A stretch of 64,000 nt of DNA from Candidatus Bathyarchaeota archaeon (GCA_963715865.1 OY970280.1:2176001-2240000); one strand, 5' to 3'; positions 10,206 through 17,848 are shown, counted from the first letter of the stretch. Notes: generated from the letters alone by a model not told the origin. Made by a program: numbers and translations.

Positions 10206-10294
10206 CTGGTCTGATATGTTTTTTCATTTATATAATACTCATATATATCTTCGCTACGTATGTCCTCTATAGACACTAAACCTTTACGGGAGAA

Positions 10295-10501
10295 ATGATA
10301 ATGGAGCAATGCCCAAATTGCAAAAATTGGACAGTTTTTTACAATCCTCAAAGTGAAGAAAAAATATGCTGCGTTTGCAATAACAAAATAGTGATAAAAT
10401 ATGCTGATTACATAAAAGCGGAAAATGTATCCGATTCATTACTTTACCCAAGTACACTCGTTGAAAGTATAGTTAAGCCATTAGCAACCTTGCAGAAATA
10501 A
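10295..10501 (+). CDS. Small zinc-ribbon protein (68 aa)
   Basis: CPNC...CCVC (CxxC-x16-CxxC) with GGGAG just upstream of the ATG; convergent with the deaminase gene. Confidence 0.6.
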   Translation: MIMEQCPNCKNWTVFYNPQSEEKICCVCNNKIVIKYADYIKAENVSDSLLYPSTLVESIVKPLATLQK

Positions 10502-10525
10502 CCCTTGCCTTATTTCGTATCACAA

Positions 10526-11785
10526 CTATTTTTTGTATAAACTTTCCTCGATATCCTTTTGCCAAGAACCAAATACTCTAAAGTATGCTTTGGCCTTTAT
10601 TCCCTCGAATTTACGAATTGATATGCCCGCTTCGGCCAAAATGTTTACCGAATCCTGATCTGGATAGGGCTCTACAAAGACAACGCTTCCAAGTTTACTA
10701 TAAACTATTTTTTGTGCGCAAGTAAAACATGGGAAAGTTGTAGTATAAAGAGTGCATCCTCCAATGTTTCGACTTCCAATATTCAATATGGCCTTTTCTT
10801 CTGCATGTACAGCTGTACAGCGATCCATTATCTTGTTTCCCATTTTTTTATCTAAGTCACATCCACAATTGTTACATTTAAAAGGAGGTTTCAAATCTTT
10901 TAGCAAAGTTCTACATTCAGGACACGTTTGCTTCATTTTTTCCAGATGTTTAAAATACTGGCTTTTATAATGGTCGCGGTAGCATCTTTTATATTTGATA
11001 ATACACGGTTCGATTGGATGAGGATTTTCATTATAGCCAACGGATAAAATGGAATTATATTTTTCATCAACTATCACAGCTCCAACCCGTCTTCTAACAC
11101 ACTTGGAGGAAAGGGATGCTGTGTATGCTATACCCATATTCATCTCTAAAGGATTAGGAGTCCTGCTAAGGTCTCCATTCATTAATCCGATATATGGCGC
11201 TATTTTATCTTTGAGGTTATCAATAGCAATATCCTCATCAGGGTAGTCTTTTTCATTATCAATAACTACATCGGCATCATCAACGCAGAAATCAACGGAT
11301 TGACCAAATTTGGATTTTTCGTCGAATTTATCCCTTTTTTCGTCAATTTCAAATTGGTTTTCATCTAATCCCTTTTCTAGATACTGATCTTCCTTAATCC
11401 TTTCCCATCTCTTCTTAGGTCCACAATCGACCGCAATCAAGAAAAAAGCATCGTATTTTTTTCTTAAAAAATTTACCTCACCTATGTTCCTTATGCTATC
11501 GAAAACCAGTGGTTCTTCTCCAGTTTTATCAGCTTCTAGAGATGCCAGATAAGCAAGATATTCTATGCCATGCTCTTGACGCATTTGATCGCCGATGTCT
11601 TGCAATTCTTTCTTTGTAGCTTCTTCCTTCGGCTTACCTGTTTTTTCATGATATTGATTCCTAACATATTCTGAAAGACGGAATTCCTTAAAACCAAGCT
11701 TTACTAACGATTTAGTAAGCGTTGAACAACCACTGCCAAAAGACCCTGTTAATCCTACAACTAACCGGTCTCTCTTTTCAGTCAT
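10526..11785 (-). CDS. P-loop kinase + deoxycytidylate deaminase fusion (AvcD/anti-phage dCTP deaminase-like)
   Basis: N-terminal VVGLTGSFGSGCST (AvcD-type Walker A), VFDSIRN and ADVVIDNE. C-terminal SKCVRRRVGAVIV, VGYNE, HAEEKA, TTTFPCFTC and FVEPYP. Confidence 0.85.
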   Translation of the reverse strand: MTEKRDRLVVGLTGSFGSGCSTLTKSLVKLGFKEFRLSEYVRNQYHEKTGKPKEEATKKELQDIGDQMRQEHGIEYLAYLASLEADKTGEEPLVFDSIRNIGEVNFLRKKYDAFFLIAVDCGPKKRWERIKEDQYLEKGLDENQFEIDEKRDKFDEKSKFGQSVDFCVDDADVVIDNEKDYPDEDIAIDNLKDKIAPYIGLMNGDLSRTPNPLEMNMGIAYTASLSSKCVRRRVGAVIVDEKYNSILSVGYNENPHPIEPCIIKYKRCYRDHYKSQYFKHLEKMKQTCPECRTLLKDLKPPFKCNNCGCDLDKKMGNKIMDRCTAVHAEEKAILNIGSRNIGGCTLYTTTFPCFTCAQKIVYSKLGSVVFVEPYPDQDSVNILAEAGISIRKFEGIKAKAYFRVFGSWQKDIEESLYKK

Positions 11786-11817
11786 TTGTTCACTCTCTTA
11801 TTTAGCTACATTACAAT

Positions 11818-11849
11818 AAGAACGGTTTTAAGCGTTTGCACTAGATAAA
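11818..11849 (-). promoter_or_regulatory. Promoter of the deaminase gene (BRE/TATA-like GCAAACG-CTTAAAA); near-identical copy at 41577-41608
   Basis: Plus-strand aagaacggttttaagcgtttgcactaga versus aagaacagttttaagcgtttgcactaga, 27/28 identical (30/32 when extended). It lies about 40 nt upstream of the ATG at 11785. Confidence 0.75.
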
Positions 11850-11917
11850 TAGTTAAAGAAATAGTATATTTTCTAATTGAAATTCATTAAATATGCAATA
11901 AAATACGTACTGTTTCA

Positions 11918-12012
11918 AAATCACGCTAACATTAGCTGATTATTAGTAATGGAGGTGGGGGGTGGAAATTAAACACCTGCTATAAACCTCATTTTCACCA
12001 TGTTAGCGCATT
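11918..12012 (+). ncRNA. Candidate structured small RNA inside the island
   Basis: Perfect 9-bp stem 11924-11932/12000-12008. Adjacent stem 11961-11969/11991-11999 (8 WC + 1 G-U). TATA-like TTAAATA at 11887-11893. Ends are approximate. Confidence 0.3.
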
Positions 12013-12070
12013 TTACACCAATATTCCATTCGGTAACGCCAAAAAACGAAAATTAACGAAAAATTCAGTC

Positions 12071-12100
12071 CCTAAATCTATATATGGGTGTTGTTCAGAA
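12071..12100 (+). repeat. Right copy of 30-bp direct repeat (overlaps the eIF5A promoter)
   Basis: 28/30 identical to 9958-9987; the TATATAT lies about 50 nt upstream of the eIF5A ATG. Confidence 0.9.
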
Positions 12101-12133
12101 TGCATTGAATAGAGCTAGACTGTTGGTGAGTGT

Positions 12134-12526
12134 ATGAGCAGACCAGTCGATGTCGGAGAATTACGCGTTGGCGGCTACATGATGATTGAAGGCGAACCCT
12201 GCAAAATAGTAGACATTGCAAAGTCAAAGCCTGGAAAACACGGATCCGCCAAATTCAGAATAGTTGCCATCGGCGTATTTGACGGTCAAAAAAGACAATT
12301 CGTTAAACCCGTTGATTTAGGCGCTGAAATTCCACTAATTGATAAAAGACCCGGACAAGTTTTCGCCATTAACCCCACGGGAGTTCAAATAATGGATCTG
12401 GAAACCTACGAGTACTTAGATGCTCCATTTCCTGAAGAGGAAGACCTCAAAGCCAAGCTTGCCCCCGGCGCAGAAATTGAATACTGGAAAATACTTGGAA
12501 GAGTAAAAATCGTCAGAGTAAAATAA
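12134..12526 (+). CDS. eif5a: Translation factor aIF5A
   Basis: SKPGKHGSAK hypusination motif. Confidence 0.97.
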   Translation: MSRPVDVGELRVGGYMMIEGEPCKIVDIAKSKPGKHGSAKFRIVAIGVFDGQKRQFVKPVDLGAEIPLIDKRPGQVFAINPTGVQIMDLETYEYLDAPFPEEEDLKAKLAPGAEIEYWKILGRVKIVRVK

Positions 12527-12586
12527 ATAGTTAGCAAGTTGCCAATCTTCTCTTCTTACTTACCTGAGGGTTTGTTTGTCTTTTTT

Positions 12587-12796
12587 TTAGCTCCACCAAT
12601 TCCAACCGAGCTTTTTGAAGGCAAGATACATTGCCAACAGAATTACACCCCAACTTAACATGATACCTGCGAATACAAGTATGAAATTATGTTGCAGGTA
12701 AATGTAGCTTATCCATGCGCTTAGAACTGTTAAGCCTACCAGCAACAGAATGAATATGGATGCGTGAATTACGCGTTCTGCAGTCAGCTTATCCAC
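12587..12796 (-). CDS. Small two-TM membrane protein, hypothetical
   Basis: 69 aa with two hydrophobic stretches. Confidence 0.55.
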   Translation of the reverse strand: MDKLTAERVIHASIFILLLVGLTVLSAWISYIYLQHNFILVFAGIMLSWGVILLAMYLAFKKLGWNWWS

Positions 12797-12879
12797 CAGT
12801 TTGTAATGTTGATTGTTCCTGTGTTGTTAAAAGATTTTCGATTAAAGTTTATGTTCTAGCTTGGAGCATTTTTGATGAT

Positions 12880-12944
12880 GGAGCCAATGATGCATGAAGA
12901 GCCGTCTGAATTGTGAAGAATGCTTAATGGGGAACTGAGGCTTC
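12880..12944 (+). ncRNA. Box C/D guide sRNA
   Basis: Terminal stem GGAGCC (12880-85)/GGCTTC (12939-44), box C ATGATGC (12887-93), 12-nt guide, box D' CTGA (12906-09), box C' GTGAAGA (12913-19), 15-nt guide, box D CTGA (12935-38). The 3-nt bulge gives k-turn geometry. Confidence 0.8.
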
Positions 12945-13041
12945 AAAAACGTTTTAAAAAAGAAATTAACCTGTATTGTTAGACTTTTATGCTGTAATCT
13001 TTATTTAAAAGAATCATAATGTTTAAGGGCTGGAGACTCTG

Positions 13042-14382
13042 ATGGCATTAGACAAGTTAGGTTCTTCTCTTTACGACGCCTTGAAAAAGGTTTTCAAGGC
13101 TTCCATAGTGGACGAAGCCACAGTGAAGGAACTCGTCCGCGACATACAAAGGGCGTTACTCCAAGCAGATGTTAATGTTCAACTTGTCCTCGAAATATCC
13201 AAGCGCATAGAGGAGCGAGCGTTAAAAGAGAAAGTTCCTCCGGGCATTTCAAGACGCGAGCACGTTATAAAAGTCGTTTACGAAGAGTTAACTCGCTTTG
13301 TAGGTGATAAGCCTGTTCCAATCAAGATGGAGCCTGAAAAAAGGAAAATTATAATGCTTGTTGGAATCCAAGGCTCCGGAAAAACCACTCAGGCAGCAAA
13401 ACTGGCGAGGTATTTCCAGAAAAGAGGTTTAAAGCCAGCGTTGATTTGCGCTGACACCTATCGTCCTGGCGCGTTCGCTCAGCTTCAGCAACTGGCAAAC
13501 AGGATAAGCATTCCTATTTATGGTGACTTGAAGGCTAAAGACCCAGTTAAAGTTGTCAGGGAAGGCTTAAAGCAGTTCAACGACAAGGACTTGATAATCG
13601 TTGATACGGCGGGCAGGCACAAGGAAGAGAAAAACTTAATCAAGGAAATGAAAGACCTTGAGAAGAACATCAAGCCTGACGAAGTCATAATGGTGATTGA
13701 CGGCACCATCGGTCAACAAGCACTCATTCAAGCGAAAACATTCCATGAAGCAACACCCATAGGCGCAATCATCGTAACAAAACTCGACGGTTCCTCACGT
13801 GGTGGAGGCGCACTGTCAGCAGTTGCAGCAACAGGTGCTCCAATAAAGTTCATTGGTACAGGCGAGAAAATCGAAGATATCGAGCCTTTTATTCCCTCGC
13901 GCTTTGTCGGTCGACTCTTAGGCATGGGCGATTTAGAAACGCTCTTGGAGAAGGTGCATGATGCCGAAATTAAGGTTCCGCAGAAGAAAGCCAAGGAAAT
14001 ACTCAGCGGCAAATTCACCCTAACCGACATGTATGAGCAGTTTGAGGCCGTCAAAGGCATGGGTCCCTTCAGGAAAGTGCTCAAGATGTTGCCTGGCATG
14101 TCCTATGATGTGCCCGAAGACATGTTGAATACGGCTGAAGACCGCTTGGATAAATGGCGAGTAATAATTCAATCCATGACACCTGAAGAAAGGGAGAACC
14201 CTAAGGTGTTGAACTCTTCTCGGGCAAGACGTGTCGCACGCGGTTCAGGAACAACTGAAAAAGACGTTAAAGAACTTCTAAAGCAATATGTAATGATGCG
14301 TAAAATGCTAAAGATGTTTAAGCGTAAAAAGAAACTGCCTTTCGGACTAGGCGGAAGGGGAATGCCAGCAAATTTCAAGTAG
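13042..14382 (+). CDS. srp54: Signal recognition particle protein SRP54
   Basis: GIQGSGKTT, DTAGRH, TKLDG and a Met-rich M domain with RARRVARGSG. Confidence 0.97.
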   Translation: MALDKLGSSLYDALKKVFKASIVDEATVKELVRDIQRALLQADVNVQLVLEISKRIEERALKEKVPPGISRREHVIKVVYEELTRFVGDKPVPIKMEPEKRKIIMLVGIQGSGKTTQAAKLARYFQKRGLKPALICADTYRPGAFAQLQQLANRISIPIYGDLKAKDPVKVVREGLKQFNDKDLIIVDTAGRHKEEKNLIKEMKDLEKNIKPDEVIMVIDGTIGQQALIQAKTFHEATPIGAIIVTKLDGSSRGGGALSAVAATGAPIKFIGTGEKIEDIEPFIPSRFVGRLLGMGDLETLLEKVHDAEIKVPQKKAKEILSGKFTLTDMYEQFEAVKGMGPFRKVLKMLPGMSYDVPEDMLNTAEDRLDKWRVIIQSMTPEERENPKVLNSSRARRVARGSGTTEKDVKELLKQYVMMRKMLKMFKRKKKLPFGLGGRGMPANFK

Positions 14383-14391
14383 GTTTCCTGA

Positions 14392-15726
14392 ATGGATGTT
14401 TTAGAAAAAGCGTTTGAACTTCTTAGCAAATATCCCCTCTGCGATCACTGCCTTGGTAGACAATTTGCTTCGCTTGGTTACAGTATGGAAAATAACGTTC
14501 GAGGCTCAGCATTAAAAATCAGTTTAACCTTGCAAGCCAACGACCTTGCTAAAGAAAAAAGCCTCGACGGAATTAAACGGCTTAAAATTTTGGCAACTAA
14601 TGGTTTTTCGAGAGAAGCACAAGAGACCCTGAAACACCTCAAAAAACGCGTTCCCAAAGAAGCCTCGGAAACAAAGTGTTTCCTTTGCGAAGGCAAGTTT
14701 TCGCTTCTTGATAGCCTAACCGAGAAATCCTTAAGCGCCCTCGAAGGTTATGAGTTTACTACATTTCTGGTAGGAATTGAATTGCCAGTTAAGGTTGAGG
14801 AACGTGAAGATGAGTTTAAGGCTACTCTGAACCTCAGCTATGGCGAAAGTATTAAGCATGAATTTGGACGATTGTTTGGCAAAGCTCTTGCTGAACGCAC
14901 TGGTAAAGAGGTGGATTACTTAGTGCCTGATATGGTCATAGTAATCAACCCTTTCCAACAGAAAGTGCGACTTCAGGTTAACCCGCTTTTCGTCGGCGGC
15001 AGGTATCGCAAGCTTGTGCGAGATATTCCACAGTCGAAATGGTTCTGTTCAAACTGCCGTGGAAGAGGCTGTGAAAAGTGCGGCGGAACCGGTAAACTAT
15101 ATCCAGAATCAGTCGAGGAGCTATCCTCAAAGCCGCTGTTGGAAGCAACTGAGGGTGAAAAAACATCGTTTCACGCTTCTGGACGCGAAGACATTGATGC
15201 CCGAATGCTGGGGACAGGTCGACCTTTTGTTATTGAGGTTTCTAAGCCAAAAAAGCGGTTTGTTGATTTGAAGGAAATTGAAGCCAAAATCAACGCTGAA
15301 GCTATGGGTAAGGTCGAGGTTTCGCGGTTGCGTTTTACCACTAAGGATGTGGTCAGGCGGCTCAAGAAGGGTGAAGGTGCACAGAAAGAGTATCGGTTAC
15401 TAGCTGAATTTGAGAACGAGGTTTCCGAGGAGGGTTTGCGAATGTTGGAAGAGACGCTAAGTGGAGCTTCAATAAAACAGCAGACGCCACTTCGTGTTTT
15501 GCATAGGAGGGCGGATTTAATCCGAGAAAGGTACATATATAAGGTTAAAGTTAAGAAGGTGTCGCTTAAGAGGGCTCTTATGGAAATTCGTTGCCAAGGC
15601 GGCCTCTATGTTAAAGAATTGGTGTCTGGAGATGAAGGAAGAACAATACCGAACGTTTCAGATTTGCTTGCAAACAGAGCGAAGACGCTTAAGCTTGACG
15701 TTCTAAAAGTCATAATGGATGATTAA
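14392..15726 (+). CDS. pus10: tRNA pseudouridine(54/55) synthase Pus10
   Basis: CDHCLGR N-terminus, FHASGREDIDARMLG catalytic motif, GGLYVKEL. Confidence 0.95.
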   Translation: MDVLEKAFELLSKYPLCDHCLGRQFASLGYSMENNVRGSALKISLTLQANDLAKEKSLDGIKRLKILATNGFSREAQETLKHLKKRVPKEASETKCFLCEGKFSLLDSLTEKSLSALEGYEFTTFLVGIELPVKVEEREDEFKATLNLSYGESIKHEFGRLFGKALAERTGKEVDYLVPDMVIVINPFQQKVRLQVNPLFVGGRYRKLVRDIPQSKWFCSNCRGRGCEKCGGTGKLYPESVEELSSKPLLEATEGEKTSFHASGREDIDARMLGTGRPFVIEVSKPKKRFVDLKEIEAKINAEAMGKVEVSRLRFTTKDVVRRLKKGEGAQKEYRLLAEFENEVSEEGLRMLEETLSGASIKQQTPLRVLHRRADLIRERYIYKVKVKKVSLKRALMEIRCQGGLYVKELVSGDEGRTIPNVSDLLANRAKTLKLDVLKVIMDD

Positions 15727-15743
15727 AAAAAGGTGAAATTTGA

Positions 15744-16040
15744 ATGAGAGGTTCAAAAGGATATTATGCGGGGACTCGCAGTCTTCTGAAAAAGGCAACC
15801 AGAGATAAAGGTAAGCCAAAAATTAGCAAAATACTCCAAGAGTACAAGCCTGGTTCTCAAGTGATTATAAAGATGGATTCTAGCGTACAGAAGAGTATGC
15901 CACATAAACGCTTCCACGGTAAAATAGGCACTGTAGTGGCTAAGCGTGGTAGAGGATACGTAGTAAGCGTTCCGCAAGGCAACGCTATTAAAGAAATAAT
16001 TACTCGCTCAGAACATTTAGAGCCGTATACGGGCAGTTGA
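15744..16040 (+). CDS. rpl21e: 50S ribosomal protein L21e
   Basis: GSKGYYAGTRSLL, MPHKRFHGKIG, EHL. Confidence 0.95.
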   Translation: MRGSKGYYAGTRSLLKKATRDKGKPKISKILQEYKPGSQVIIKMDSSVQKSMPHKRFHGKIGTVVAKRGRGYVVSVPQGNAIKEIITRSEHLEPYTGS

Positions 16041-16384
16041 GGAAAATGAGCAAGAGAGAAGTAAGCGAGAATCGCTTGACAATACCGCAGGTTAAGAAGG
16101 TGTTAGAGGCTATTGGCGAGGAAAATTTAGACCAGTTCCAACGCCGAACTTTAGATTATGTAAACAAGTTCTCCAAAGTTGACCCTGAAAAGGCGGAAGA
16201 GCTCTTGCAAACTCTCGTTAAAGAATACGAAATTGACGAGGCTGAAGCCGTTCAAATTATAAATTGTATGCCTGAAACTGTTGACGAGTTGAGGGTTTTC
16301 TTAGCTGGCGGTCGCAAGATTATAGAGACTGCAAAATTACGGGCTATTGTCGAGCTTCTGAATGAGAATAGAACTCTGAAGTAG
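16037..16384 (+). CDS. rpoF: RNA polymerase subunit Rpo4 (RpoF)
   Basis: FQRRTLDYVNKFSK, AVQIINCMPETVDELR; position in the L21e-rpoF-DUF655-ksgA cluster. Confidence 0.9.
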   Translation: MRKMSKREVSENRLTIPQVKKVLEAIGEENLDQFQRRTLDYVNKFSKVDPEKAEELLQTLVKEYEIDEAEAVQIINCMPETVDELRVFLAGGRKIIETAKLRAIVELLNENRTLK

Positions 16385-16442
16385 CAGAAAGCGGCTAAGT
16401 ATTTTTAAGCAGTAAGCGAGAATAGAATAGAGGACGGACTTA

Positions 16443-17018
16443 GTGACAGTTATGGAAAAACGGTATGAAGAGTACGCTTACGTGTTAGATTTCTTGCAGC
16501 ACGGCAAGCCAGGATTCCGCCCGACTGGGCGGGCAGGTTACCGAGCGGGAGCTTTAATTCAGTGTGTGGGTGAAGAGTTCTTTACTCTTTTGGAGGCTTT
16601 GGTGAAGGAGGGTTTAATACTTAAGCCTGGTGACCGCGTGTATGTGGGGAAAGATTCCCGTGAGGAAGTTACGTACATTATAGGACGTGTTGGCTATGAT
16701 GAGTTAACAGCTTCAGCGAAAGCGGAACTTCCAAGCGTAATAAACCGTATAGTGTTAAACCGGGAAAAGTGGTTTGTCAACTTCTTCAATACCGCACGAG
16801 CAATTACTCCTCGAATGCATGCCTTAGAGCTTATTCCAGGCATCGGAAAAAAGTACATGTGGCAAGTCATTAATGAACGTGGGCGGAAGCCGTTCGAAAG
16901 CTTTGATGATTTGCAGAAGCGTACTGAGTTGCCGAACCCTGTAAAATTGATCACAAAGCGGGTTATGGAAGAGCTTGAGGGCGACAGCAAGTACCGATTG
17001 TTCACGCGGTCACAGTAA
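16443..17018 (+). CDS. DUF655 family putative RNA-binding protein (HhH)
   Basis: YVLDFL, GEEFFTLLE, RMHALELIPGIGKK. Confidence 0.9.
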   Translation: MTVMEKRYEEYAYVLDFLQHGKPGFRPTGRAGYRAGALIQCVGEEFFTLLEALVKEGLILKPGDRVYVGKDSREEVTYIIGRVGYDELTASAKAELPSVINRIVLNREKWFVNFFNTARAITPRMHALELIPGIGKKYMWQVINERGRKPFESFDDLQKRTELPNPVKLITKRVMEELEGDSKYRLFTRSQ

Positions 17019-17029
17019 GGCATAAAGCG

Positions 17030-17848
17030 ATGAGTCTTGAGGAAACGAAGCAGCTGCTTCGAACGTATCGAATTGTCCCGAATAAGCTTTTGGGGCAGAA
17101 TTTCATGGTTGAGCCTTCGCTTTACGGCATGCTATGCGCTTATGCTTCACTTGGCCCTTCAGATGTGGTGTTGGATGCTGGTGCAGGCTTCGGTTTTCTA
17201 AGTCGTTTCTTGGCTGATAAGTGTAAGGCTGTATTTGCTGTTGAGAAGGACCCGCAAGTTGCAGAAGTGTTGCGTGAACAAGTCAAAGGCATTGGCAATG
17301 TGACTGTAATAGAAGGCGATGTATTGAAGGTAGCGTTGCCTGAGTTTAACAAGGTTATAGCAATTCCTCCTTACTATTTGTCTTCTCGTCTTATAATGTG
17401 GCTTTTTGAGCGCAGAATTGATTGTGCAGTACTGATTTTGCAGAAAGAATTTGCCAGTCGTCTTGTAGCGGCTGTAGGCAGTGAGAATTATGGTTGGTTA
17501 ACGGTTCTGACTTATCAGCATGTAGAGGTTGAGCTTTTGGACTCGGTTCCGAAAGTAATGTTTTATCCTCAATCGGAAGTAGATTCATTAATCGTTCGGC
17601 TAAAGCCTTGGAGTCAAAGATCGTTTGAGGTGAAGGATGAAATGTTTTTCAAGCAAATGGTCAAGTGGCTCTTTACTCAGCGTAACAAGAAGTTAGGCAA
17701 AGCGCTTGCGCCGTTCATTAGGAGCACTTTGAAGTTAAGCAAGCTTGACGCGGAAAAGATAGCTCTCGCCCTGCCATTTCATGAGAGGCGCGTAAGAGAG
17801 TTATCGCCTAAAGATTTTGGAGCATTAGCAAATGCCCTTCCCAGTTAA
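17030..17848 (+). CDS. rsmA: 16S rRNA dimethyladenosine transferase KsgA/Dim1
   Basis: LGQNF, SAM motif LDAGAGFG, PPYYLSS, FYPQSEVDS. Confidence 0.9.
   Translation: MSLEETKQLLRTYRIVPNKLLGQNFMVEPSLYGMLCAYASLGPSDVVLDAGAGFGFLSRFLADKCKAVFAVEKDPQVAEVLREQVKGIGNVTVIEGDVLKVALPEFNKVIAIPPYYLSSRLIMWLFERRIDCAVLILQKEFASRLVAAVGSENYGWLTVLTYQHVEVELLDSVPKVMFYPQSEVDSLIVRLKPWSQRSFEVKDEMFFKQMVKWLFTQRNKKLGKALAPFIRSTLKLSKLDAEKIALALPFHERRVRELSPKDFGALANALPS

Larger units (their letters stand above)
9958..12100. mobile_element. AT-rich direct-repeat-bounded insertion (putative defence islet), no mobility gene
   Basis: Bounded by the 28/30 direct repeat. Sample GC counts were 18/60 at 10861-10920 and 11/60 at 10141-10200, versus 27/60 at 9301-9360. 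It carries an AvcD-like gene between two core genes. Confidence 0.7.

Noticed and set aside
10151-10351. Minus-strand 66-aa ORF in the islet's left arm
   Set aside because: It overlaps the better-supported zinc-ribbon ORF and its promoter and has no motif. A 41-aa GTG-started version cannot be excluded but is unsupported.
12036-12066. Short tandem AACGAAAATT / AACGAAAAATT next to the right repeat
   Set aside because: Only two low-complexity copies; no evidence of function.
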